This document shows positions 17,266-25,419 of a DNA stretch of 32,000 nucleotides, piece by piece. The notes beneath the pieces are model-generated. The model did no database searches. It was not told the DNA's origin and saw nothing but the letters and a program-made list of their open reading frames with translations. How positions within the stretch are numbered: position 1 is the first letter of the stretch; each line of letters begins with the position of its first letter. The position numbers and the translations under genes are program-made. Origin of the DNA: Candidatus Electronema aureum (lineage in GTDB: Bacteria > Desulfobacterota > Desulfobulbia > Desulfobulbales > Desulfobulbaceae). The stretch spans positions 86,618 through 118,617 of the forward strand of contig NQJD01000005.1 of NCBI GenBank assembly GCA_004284765.1, written 5' to 3'.

Positions 17266-18365
17266 CACAATGTGTGGCCAAGTTGGCCGCCGCGTTCGCG
17301 TTAGCCGCCGCCCTTGCAGCCGGAAATGCCGCAGCAGCAGGCTCGCGCACCCTGTCTGACATGAACAGCCGGACGGTCACTGTGCCGGAGACAATCCGCA
17401 AGGTTGTTCCGTTAAGCGGGGCATTGCGTTTTCTGGTGTATATGCAGTCCCTTGATCTGGTCAGCGGCATGGAGCGTATCGAGCAGCGGCACACCGCCGC
17501 AGGCAGACTGTACGGGCTGGCCACCCGCGATCTTGCCCGGAAGCTGCCAATCGTCGGCGAAGGTGGCCCCGGCAAGCTGCCTGATTTTGAGCGGATCATC
17601 GAGCTTGGGCCGGACGTGATCATCGTCATGGGACTTGACAGCAGCCAGATTGCGAACATCGAGCAGAAAACCGGGATTCCAGTTTTTTCACTGAATTACG
17701 GTGCGCCGGGCGTGCTTGATGTGCAGAGCACCCGCACCGCTCTCGGCCTGCTGGGGCAGCTGCTTGGCCGCAGCGGGCGTTCAGCGCAGCTCATCGCCGA
17801 GATGGACCGGCTGGAGGCTGATTTTGCCCGCCGCACTGCCGGACTGGAGACGGAAGACCGCCAGACGGCGTATGTTGGCGCAGTTTCTTTGAAAGGTGTT
17901 CAAGGAATCACCAGCACGGACGCAGCCTATGCCCCGCTGGCTTGGGCAGGCGGCAAAAACGTGGCTGCCGAGAGCGGCAAATCCGGTCATCTCTTCATTG
18001 ACCCGGAACAGCTGCTTGCGTGGAATCCGGCCATTTTGTTCCTTGATGCCGCCAGCTTGACCACGATTCAGGAGGACAGCCGGAAACGAGCTGATTTTTA
18101 TCAGCGGCTACAGGCCGTCCAAAAGAATCAGGTCTATTTGGTGATGCCCTACAACGCCTACCACACCAATATTGAAATAGCCTATGCCGACACCTACTTT
18201 ATCGGCAAAACTCTGTACCCGTACCGCTTTCAGGATGTTGATCCTGCGGCCAAGGCCGACGAAATCTTTCAGGCGTTTATCGGCCTGCGCGGCTACGAAG
18301 CACTGAAAAAGGAATACGGCGGGTTCAGGCAGATGGAGTTTGGAGCGCAGCATGGCTTCCGCTGA
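17262..18365 (+). CDS. ABC transporter substrate-binding protein, siderophore/cobalamin/heme type (FecB/BtuF-like)
   Basis: Signal peptide MTQCVAKLAAAFALAAALAAGNAAAAG. RTVTVPETIRKVVPLSG...PDFERIIELGPDVIIV is typical of the Peripla_BP_2 fold. Confidence 0.8.
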   Translation: MTQCVAKLAAAFALAAALAAGNAAAAGSRTLSDMNSRTVTVPETIRKVVPLSGALRFLVYMQSLDLVSGMERIEQRHTAAGRLYGLATRDLARKLPIVGEGGPGKLPDFERIIELGPDVIIVMGLDSSQIANIEQKTGIPVFSLNYGAPGVLDVQSTRTALGLLGQLLGRSGRSAQLIAEMDRLEADFARRTAGLETEDRQTAYVGAVSLKGVQGITSTDAAYAPLAWAGGKNVAAESGKSGHLFIDPEQLLAWNPAILFLDAASLTTIQEDSRKRADFYQRLQAVQKNQVYLVMPYNAYHTNIEIAYADTYFIGKTLYPYRFQDVDPAAKADEIFQAFIGLRGYEALKKEYGGFRQMEFGAQHGFR

Positions 18366-19407
18366 CCTTTCGTTGACTGCCGACTATTTGCGGCTTGTCC
18401 GCCGAAAAAATATGTTCGGCTTCGCTCTGCTGCTCCTGCTCGCTGCCGCAGCAGGGCTTTCTTTGCATGTCGGCTCGTTGCAGCTGCCGTGGTCGGAAAT
18501 TTTCTCCGCCCTCTGGAACTGGGATGCCGCCGACCGGACGGCCCATGTCATTCAGCAAATACGGCTGCCGCGAGCCACAGCGGCGGTTTTGGCTGGCGGC
18601 AGCCTCGGCATTGCTGGCGCTGTCATGCAGACGGTTCTGAAAAATCCCTTGGCATCGCCCTTCACCATCGGAGTTTCGCACGGAGCCGCCTTTGGGGCTT
18701 CCTTTGCAATCATTTTTCTGGGCGCGGGCCAAGCCGCAGGAGCTGGAACCTTCACTCCCGGCCTGCTGATCGCCTCTTCCTTTGCCGGCGCACTGCTGGC
18801 TGTGGGTTTTATCCTCATGCTGGCCTCTATTAAAGGGGTGAGCACAGAGGCTGTGATTTTGTCCGGCGTGGCTCTGTCCTCTTTTTTCGGAGCAGCCACC
18901 ATGCTGCTCCAATATTTTGCCAGCGATGTCCAAGTAGCTGCCTCTGTCTTCTGGACCTTCGGCGATCTTGGCAAGGCTGGCTGGACGGAAAATCTGCTGA
19001 TGGGAGGGGTCTTGGCGGCGACTTTAACCTTCTTCCTCTTCGACCGCTGGAATCACAACGCCCTGCTCTGGGGGGATGAAGTGGCGGCCAGCCTCGGCAT
19101 CCGGGTGCGGAAGCTGCGGCTCACCGCCATGCTGCTCTCTTCGCTGACTGTTGCCGTGACCACCTCATTTCTTGGGGTGATCGGTTTTGTCGGCCTGATG
19201 GCCCCGCATCTGGCCCGTCTGTTTGTTGGCAGCGACCACCGTTTCCTTCTCACCTCCTCCGCCTTGACCGGCGCACTGATGCTGCTGGTGTCCGACATCA
19301 TCGCCCGCATCCTGATTCCGCCGGTCATCCTGCCAGTGGGCATCATCACCTCCTTTGCCGGAACCCCCCTGTTCCTTTACCTGCTCACCCGGAAGGGGAA
19401 AAGCTGA
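18352..19407 (+). CDS. FecCD-family ABC transporter permease
   Basis: IRLPRATAAVLAGGSLGIAGAVMQTVLKNPLASPFTIGVS and GIITSFAGTPLFLYLL are FecCD/BtuC hallmarks. GGAG RBS before the ATG at 18352. Confidence 0.85.
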   Translation: MASADLSLTADYLRLVRRKNMFGFALLLLLAAAAGLSLHVGSLQLPWSEIFSALWNWDAADRTAHVIQQIRLPRATAAVLAGGSLGIAGAVMQTVLKNPLASPFTIGVSHGAAFGASFAIIFLGAGQAAGAGTFTPGLLIASSFAGALLAVGFILMLASIKGVSTEAVILSGVALSSFFGAATMLLQYFASDVQVAASVFWTFGDLGKAGWTENLLMGGVLAATLTFFLFDRWNHNALLWGDEVAASLGIRVRKLRLTAMLLSSLTVAVTTSFLGVIGFVGLMAPHLARLFVGSDHRFLLTSSALTGALMLLVSDIIARILIPPVILPVGIITSFAGTPLFLYLLTRKGKS

Positions 19408-19409
19408 CC

Positions 19410-20174
19410 ATGCTGGCTTTAGACAACCTCTCGTTCGCCTTCAACGGCAGGGCGATCCTGAACAAGGTCAGCTTCCGGCTGGCCAGCGGAGAAATGGCCG
19501 CCCTGCTTGGAGTCAACGGATCGGGCAAATCAACCCTGCTGAAAACCATTAACGGCATTCTGAAACCCAAAGAAGGTGCTGTACTGGTGGAAGGCGTTGC
19601 CCTGCACGGCCTTTCCGGCAGAGAAATAGCGAAGCGGATTGGCTATATGCCGCAAAAAAGCAGTGGAACTGCCTGCACCGTCTTTGATGCGGTGCTGCTG
19701 GGAAGAAAGCCGCATTTTGACCGCAGCGTCACTCCGCATGATTTGGCGGCAGTGGAAAGAGTGCTGAAAAGGCTTGGCTTGGAAAAGCTGGCCCTGCGGG
19801 AGACTGCGGAACTCTCCGGCGGAGAGCTGCAAAAAGTGGTCATCGCCAGAGCATTGGTGCAGGAACCGAAGGTGCTGCTTTTGGATGAGCCTGTCAATCA
19901 TTTGGACATCCGCAACCAGCTTGAAACGATGTCCATCCTGCGCGAGATCACACGGGAAATGAATCTACTGACCATCACCGTGCTGCACGATCTGACCATA
20001 GCCCTGCGCTACGTCGACCGCTTTGTCCTGCTGAAGGACGGTGCGCTGCACGCCTGCGGAGACCGCCGTGTCATGACCCCGGAAGCAATCCGCGAAGTCT
20101 TTGGAATGCACGCCGTGATCCGGGAGATTGACGGCATTCCGGTCGTCCTGCCTCTCGGTTCAGCAACCTGCTGA
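19410..20174 (+). CDS. ABC transporter ATP-binding protein (FecE/BtuD-like)
   Basis: Walker A GVNGSGKST, signature LSGGELQKV and Walker B LLLDEP. It starts 2 nt after the permease stop. Confidence 0.9.
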   Translation: MLALDNLSFAFNGRAILNKVSFRLASGEMAALLGVNGSGKSTLLKTINGILKPKEGAVLVEGVALHGLSGREIAKRIGYMPQKSSGTACTVFDAVLLGRKPHFDRSVTPHDLAAVERVLKRLGLEKLALRETAELSGGELQKVVIARALVQEPKVLLLDEPVNHLDIRNQLETMSILREITREMNLLTITVLHDLTIALRYVDRFVLLKDGALHACGDRRVMTPEAIREVFGMHAVIREIDGIPVVLPLGSATC

Positions 20175-20227
20175 AGATGCTGCAATATAATGCGAATCAG
20201 AAGGGCTTGGCGCACAGGCTGTGACAG

Positions 20228-21082
20228 ATGGCTGCTCAGAACAAGACGATCTTTCCCGCATCAGCAAGACCGCTCAACGGAATGCTGCTGACAGGAATTC
20301 TGCTCTGCACCCTGCTGCTGGTGTTCTGCATGGGCGGGGAGCGACTGGTTCCGCATGACCCGCTGGCCGTCAATTTGGCGCAGCGGCTGGCTCCGCCCTC
20401 GGCGGCGCATCTCCTTGGCACTGACCAGCTCGGCAGGTGCGTGCTGTCACGTGTCATCTGCGGAGCGCGGAACTCGCTCGCCTCGGCCCTTGCCGCCGTC
20501 GGCCTCGCCCTGAGCATCGGTCTGCCTGCCGGTGTTCTTGCCGGGCTGGGAGCGCGGCGCATTGACCAAGCTCTGATGGGCCTCTGCGACGTGGTGCTGG
20601 CCTTTCCCTTTCTCATTCTCGCCCTTGCTTTGACTGCCGTGCTGGGGCCGTCGCTGCGCAGCCTAATTCTCGGCGCAGGGCTGGCAGGCTGGGCGTGGTG
20701 GGCAAAGTTTGTCCAGGGCATGACTGCGGCTGCCAAGGAAAAAGACTTTGTCCACCAAGGCCGGGCAATGGGCCTCAGCCGCTTCCGCCTGCTGCGGCAT
20801 CACATCCTGCCGCAAATTTTGCCGCCGCTCTTGGTCAGCGTCTCTCTCAGCGCGGGCCGGATGATTGTCGCCATTTCCAGCCTCAACTATCTCGGCCTCG
20901 GTATTCAGCCGCCGCAGCCAGAATGGGGCGTGATGCTGCGCGAGTCCATGCTCCACATCGCCTCCGCGCCGTGGCTGGCTGTCGCGCCGGGCTTGGCGGC
21001 CAGCATATCCGTGCTGGCCTTCAATCTGCTCGGCGAGGGACTGAAAGATCATTTCCAAATCCGGCCTGTTCATGCTGCTTGA
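20228..21082 (+). CDS. ABC transporter permease, Dpp/Nik/Opp type (DppC/NikC-like)
   Basis: LVPHDPLAVNLAQRLAPPSAAHLLGTDQLGRCVLSRVICGAR is the DppC/NikC N-terminal signature. The C-terminus is NLLGEGLKD. Confidence 0.85.
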   Translation: MAAQNKTIFPASARPLNGMLLTGILLCTLLLVFCMGGERLVPHDPLAVNLAQRLAPPSAAHLLGTDQLGRCVLSRVICGARNSLASALAAVGLALSIGLPAGVLAGLGARRIDQALMGLCDVVLAFPFLILALALTAVLGPSLRSLILGAGLAGWAWWAKFVQGMTAAAKEKDFVHQGRAMGLSRFRLLRHHILPQILPPLLVSVSLSAGRMIVAISSLNYLGLGIQPPQPEWGVMLRESMLHIASAPWLAVAPGLAASISVLAFNLLGEGLKDHFQIRPVHAA

Positions 21083-21833
21083 ACTCGACAACCTGAGCAT
21101 CAGCATAGGCGGACAGGAGCTTGTCCGCGAAGTCAGCTTCAGCATAGAGCGCGGCGAGGTTTTCGGACTGCTCGGCGCAAGCGGCAGCGGCAAAACCCTG
21201 CTCGCCTCTGCCCTCTGCGGCCTGCTGGCACCGCCGATGCGCATCAGCGGCGGCGCAATCCGCTTTGCCGGAGAAACGCTGCATCCCGGCAGCACGAAGC
21301 AGCTCGCCCGCAAACGCGGCAGACATGTCTTCATGATGTTTCAAAGCGCGGCAGCCGCCCTCAATCCTTACATGACCGTGGGCAGGCAGATTGCTGAAGC
21401 CTTGCAGTCAGCGCACAGGCTTTCCGCCAAGGCCGCTCTGCGCGAAGCGGGCGCACTGCTGGAGAAGGTCGGCCTGCGCGGCGATTTAGTCAGCGCGTAT
21501 CCGTTTCAACTCAGCGGCGGCATGCAGCAGCGCGTTTTAATCGCTGTCGCCTTGGGTCTTCATCCTGAACTGCTGATCGCCGACGAGCCAACCACCGGTC
21601 TTGATGCCGCCGCCGCGCTGCATGTGCTGGAGCTGTTGCGCAGTCTGCAACAGGAAGGCGCAGCCATCCTCTTCATCTCACACGACATCCGGACAGTCTC
21701 TTTTCTTGCCAAGCGAACCGGGGTGATGTGCGGAGGCCAGCTCGTCGAGACGGGAGAAACTGAGCAGCTGCTTGCTGCGCCACAGGATTCTTACACCCGC
21801 GAGCTGACATCCGCTTTCAATGTGCTGCGATGA
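21072..21833 (+). CDS. ABC transporter ATP-binding protein, Dpp/Nik type (NikD-like); the only such ATPase in the window
   Basis: Walker A GASGSGKT, signature LSGGMQQRV and Walker B LIADEPTTGLD. It overlaps the permease gene by 11 nt. Confidence 0.85.
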   Translation: MLLELDNLSISIGGQELVREVSFSIERGEVFGLLGASGSGKTLLASALCGLLAPPMRISGGAIRFAGETLHPGSTKQLARKRGRHVFMMFQSAAAALNPYMTVGRQIAEALQSAHRLSAKAALREAGALLEKVGLRGDLVSAYPFQLSGGMQQRVLIAVALGLHPELLIADEPTTGLDAAAALHVLELLRSLQQEGAAILFISHDIRTVSFLAKRTGVMCGGQLVETGETEQLLAAPQDSYTRELTSAFNVLR

Positions 21834-21913
21834 ATGTGTGAACAGAAAGAAAGCGGCGGGCCGAAGCGCAGGCTCTCCCGCAGAAACAATAAAAAGTGCA
21901 TAGGAAGAATATT

Positions 21914-22531
21914 ATGTGGGAACTGATGGACAAAGGCGGATGGGTCATGTGGCCGCTGCTGGCCTGCTCGGTGATTGTGACCGCCGTCATCTTCGAGCGG
22001 GCTTTCTTCTGGACAGGCATAGTCAGACGACGCAACCGCCCATTGCGGGACGAGCTGCTGGCCCTTGCGCGGCAGAGCGAATGGGCGATGATCGAGGAAA
22101 AGACCGAGGGCTGCACGGATCCGGTAGTGCGCGTGCTGCATGTCGGCATTTTGCATCGGGACTTTGACATGGCCAAGGCTATGGAAGATGAGGCGCAGCA
22201 GATCGTGAAAAGAATGTCGCAGTTCATGCCGGTGATGGACACTATCATTACCGTGGCGCCGATGCTCGGCATATTGGGCACAGTGACCGGCATCATGTCC
22301 GCATTCAACGTCTTGAGTGGCAGTGGCATGGCAGATCCGAAGCTGGTTACTGGCGGCATTGCCGAGGCCTTGATCACCACAGTCGCAGGCTTGGTCATCT
22401 CCATCGCCACAGTCTTTCCGTACAACTATTTCAAAAGCCGGATCGAACATGCCATTCACTTTATGGAGAAATACGCCACCCGCCTTGAGGTGGTCTGCCG
22501 TAAACTCCACGCGCAGGAGAACATGCAATGA
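21914..22531 (+). CDS. exbB: MotA/TolQ/ExbB proton-channel protein
   Basis: MWELMDKGGWVMWPLLACSVIVTAVIFER and TVAPMLGILGTVTGIM...GGIAEALITTVAGL. AGGAAG RBS before the ATG at 21914. It is followed by exbD and tonB with overlapping junctions. Confidence 0.85.
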   Translation: MWELMDKGGWVMWPLLACSVIVTAVIFERAFFWTGIVRRRNRPLRDELLALARQSEWAMIEEKTEGCTDPVVRVLHVGILHRDFDMAKAMEDEAQQIVKRMSQFMPVMDTIITVAPMLGILGTVTGIMSAFNVLSGSGMADPKLVTGGIAEALITTVAGLVISIATVFPYNYFKSRIEHAIHFMEKYATRLEVVCRKLHAQENMQ

Positions 22532-22962
22532 AGCTGAGTAGGAAAGGTATCTCGCCGGTCCGTCTGGAGATGACTCCTCTGATGGACATTATCTTTCTGC
22601 TGCTGGTCTTCTTCATTTATGCCATGATGTCCATGACCGTTCATCATGGCAAGCAGCTGGATCTGCCCCAGTCAAGCAGCGCGACAGTGGAAATGCAGGA
22701 GGCCGTGAGCATCACTATCGAGTCGGATAAAGGCGGTTTGAGAATCTCCGTCGATGGCGGTGCGGCCTTCAGCGGCGTTGAGCGTCTGCAGGAGATTCTG
22801 ACGGAGAAGAAGGCCAAGGCCCCACAGGGTAAGGAGCTTGATCTGCAAATATTTGCCGATAAGACAGTCTCCTACCAGAGCCTGTACAGCGTGCTGGATA
22901 GCATCACTCAGGCAGGGCTATTCCGCGTCTCCCTGCAAGCCACGTTGCAGGAGGCCCCATGA
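22528..22962 (+). CDS. exbD: ExbD/TolR biopolymer transport protein
   Basis: The N-terminus EMTPLMDIIFLLLVFFI is typical of ExbD/TolR. The ATGA overlap with exbB and the overlapping tonB start indicate coupling. Confidence 0.85.
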   Translation: MKLSRKGISPVRLEMTPLMDIIFLLLVFFIYAMMSMTVHHGKQLDLPQSSSATVEMQEAVSITIESDKGGLRISVDGGAAFSGVERLQEILTEKKAKAPQGKELDLQIFADKTVSYQSLYSVLDSITQAGLFRVSLQATLQEAP

Positions 22963-23978
22963 ACGAGGCGGCGCATCGCTTGCTACCTGCTGGCCTGCTG
23001 ACGTTGGCTCTGCACAGCGCGTTTCTTTCATGGCAAATGGAGAACCGGCCCATTGAGCTGCCCAAGCCGGAGAAGATATCCGTTACCCTGCGGCAGCCAC
23101 CCCCGCCGCCACCGCCGCCGCAACAGCAGAGGATCGTCAAAGAGCTGCTCCCGCCACCAGAGCTGCAGCCCGTGGAGCGGCAGCCCTTGGAAACCCTGCC
23201 GCCGCCGCAAAGTAAAGTGGTCAAACTGAGAAAGCCACTCCCGGAGGTCATCAAGCAGATACAGCATAAGCCCTTGGAACAATTGCCGCCCGCGCAGAGC
23301 CGGATAGCGCGTAGGATGCCGCCTCCGCCGCCAGTCGCTCCCGTCGCGCTGCGGCCATTGGAGACCTTGCCGCCTGCGCTTCCGGCCCAAGGCCGCATTC
23401 TCCGCCCGCTGCCGCGTCTGCCTGATACTCTTGCCATCAGCCAGCCGACACTGAAGCCGCTGGAGACGCTGCCGCCAGTGCAAGAGGAAGTCTTTGAGGA
23501 GGTGTTTGAAGAGGAGCTTGTCCAGACGGAGCCGGTGCACGAGGAGATTGTGGAGGAATACAGCCCGCCGCCAGTCGAGGACTTTGTTGAGGTGGTCGAG
23601 GAGCAGGAGCAGAGAAGGCAGCGCGACTACGTGCCGCCGCAGCCACAGCCTGCACGCCAGCGGCAGGCGGAGAGCAGCTCTGCTTCTTCCAGCGCAGGCG
23701 ATCAGGAGGCTGCGCCGCTTTATGCCAGCAATCCGCCGCCTGCGTACCCGATGCAGGCCCGGCGACGCGGGCTTCAGGGGATGGTTATCATTGAAGCCCT
23801 GATTGATGTCAGCGGCAATGTGACTGATCTCCGCCTCTTTGCCAGCAGTGGTCACGGTATCTTAGATAAGGCGGCTCTGAACTCCGTGCGCGGCTGGCGT
23901 TTCCAGCCAGGCACAGTCGGCGGCAGACGGAAAGCGATGTGGGTGAAAGTGCCGGTGCGTTTCGAGTTACATACATAG
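22959..23978 (+). CDS. tonB: TonB-family energy transducer with unusually long repeat-containing linker
   Basis: N-terminal anchor LLPAGLLTLALHSAFL, a Pro-rich region, and a C-terminal TonB domain PPAYPMQARRRGLQGMVIIEALIDVSGNV...WRFQPG. Confidence 0.85.
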   Translation: MNEAAHRLLPAGLLTLALHSAFLSWQMENRPIELPKPEKISVTLRQPPPPPPPPQQQRIVKELLPPPELQPVERQPLETLPPPQSKVVKLRKPLPEVIKQIQHKPLEQLPPAQSRIARRMPPPPPVAPVALRPLETLPPALPAQGRILRPLPRLPDTLAISQPTLKPLETLPPVQEEVFEEVFEEELVQTEPVHEEIVEEYSPPPVEDFVEVVEEQEQRRQRDYVPPQPQPARQRQAESSSASSSAGDQEAAPLYASNPPPAYPMQARRRGLQGMVIIEALIDVSGNVTDLRLFASSGHGILDKAALNSVRGWRFQPGTVGGRRKAMWVKVPVRFELHT

Positions 23979-24180
23979 GAGTTACGCAGTTCGATTGCCA
24001 ACCCATTGATTTTATTTAACTGGCGATTTATGTGACAAAAAGACAACTTGCTGTAATGGTTGAGCTTCGTATTTCAACTGCGTTTAACTCCTATATTTAT
24101 ACATTGATACATGCGGATTTTTTGCGAATCAAAATGGCACCCTTCTATATACTAAAAGGTCTCCCTTTTTAGATATAAAA

Positions 24181-24215
24181 ACCTCCCTTTTGATATATAG
24201 AAGGGAGGTTTTTTG
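24181..24215 (+). terminator. intrinsic terminator closing block 3
   Basis: ACCTCCCTT (24181-24189), an 11-nt loop, AAGGGAGGT (24201-24209), then TTTTTT. Confidence 0.65.
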
Positions 24216-24258
24216 ATAGGCAAAACCTACGCCTTTTGACAGGCAAAATCTCTGCTGT

Positions 24259-24723
24259 TTGTTAGCTCATAGGTTGCGGGGAAATGAATGGGGGTCAGAG
24301 CGGTGGGATGGGCGCGGAGTTGGCCTTAACCAGCTTCCGGTGGATATGATTGAGCGCATCGAAGTAGTCAAGGGGCCAAGCTCCGCGCTCTACGGCAGTG
24401 ATGCCTTGGCAGGCGTGGTTAACATCATCACCAAAGACACCCCAGACAAGCCCAGTGGCAAGGCTGGTGCTGCGTATGGCTGGTACACGGTGAAAGAGAA
24501 GGTCAATAGCGACGGCAGTATCAGCCTGCCCAGCGATGACGGCGACTATCGCAGCAGCAAGCAGGCGTATGCCTCCTTTGGTGACCGGCCTATCGAGCGT
24601 TTCGGCTACTTGGTCAATTACAACTACGAATCGGCAGAAGATGTCAGCCAGAGTCCGCTTGAATCGCTCCGCCACTCTTTGCTGGCTAAGATGAATCTGG
24701 CAGCTATAGCCGGAGCAGGATAA
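24259..24723 (+). pseudogene. TonB-dependent receptor fragment (distal plug region only)
   Basis: [32 protein letters not shown] plus about 90 aa. It has no signal peptide, no TonB box, no barrel and no C-terminal aromatic residue. The two intact receptors in this window are 670 and 767 codons. Confidence 0.7.
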
Positions 24724-24986
24724 TTTGAAGAGCGCATCTCCCTCTGTCAACGGGAAAAATGCAGCAGACAGCTCGCCGCCTTTCACGCAGCCGCTGCTCA
24801 AATTCCCAGCCTCCCTGCTTCTCCCGGAAAAGCACTAGAGTGCTTTCAGAAAAACCACTCTCTATGTCGTAGCACGAGTACCAGGGTGCTTTTTTCAAGC
24901 CACAGGGCAGCGTCAAGGTTGTGATTCCGCCCATGCCGACAATTACTTCGCTCTCGAAGCATCATTTTATAATACATGCGGCGGAG

Positions 24987-25175
24987 CAAGACTTTGTCCG
25001 CCAAGGCCGGGTAATGGGCCGCAGCTACTGTCGCCGCTTTTAGTCAGCGTCTCCCTCAGCGCAGGCCGGATGATCGTGGTCATCTCCAGCCTCAGCTATC
25101 TTGGCCTCGGCATTCAGCCACCCCACCCTGTCGGTGCTGTCCTTCAACCTACTCGGCGAGGGGTTGAAGGATTAT
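24987..25175 (+). pseudogene. fragment of a DppC/NikC-like permease gene, paralogous to 20741-21050
   Basis: Blocks are visibly near-identical to the intact gene (aagactttgtcc.ccaaggccggg.aatgggcc; gtcagcgtctc.ctcagcgc.ggccggatgat; ctcggcgaggg..tgaa.gat). Two internal deletions break them up, and there is no start codon or complete frame. Confidence 0.7.
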
Positions 25176-25419
25176 CTAGGGATTGCACAAAACTGACCTG
25201 CCTTATGGGCGAACGATCTTTCGCCCCCTGCTCTTCTGCAAGATATCTAATGGCTGCAAACTGAGCAGATATCCGTATCGTGAAGCCCATCAGCGTGAGA
25301 ACGAGCACGTTGCCTCATGCTGTTTTCCACAGTTTTTTATGGACAGGGAGGTATTTTCCACATAACCTGTCATCAGGTAAACTGAATGGCGAAAGCCACG
25401 GAAAAATCAGGCTGAAGAG

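Noticed and set aside
24135-24150. TGGCACCCTTCTATAT as a sigma-54 promoter
   Set aside because: The -24 block is good, but no GC dinucleotide sits at the -12 position (TATAT instead of TTGC).
24828-24845. AAAGCACTAGAGTGCTTT as a CIRCE (HrcA) operator
   Set aside because: The half-sites resemble CIRCE (TTAGCACTC-N9-GAGTGCTAA), but the spacer is 2-4 nt rather than 9. The site is about 3.5 kb from grpE/dnaK, inside gene debris.
25070-25365. The small ORFs 25070-25264 and 25183-25365 as genes
   Set aside because: The first is simply the open part of the decayed permease fragment. The second has no RBS or recognisable features, and both lie in a debris zone.
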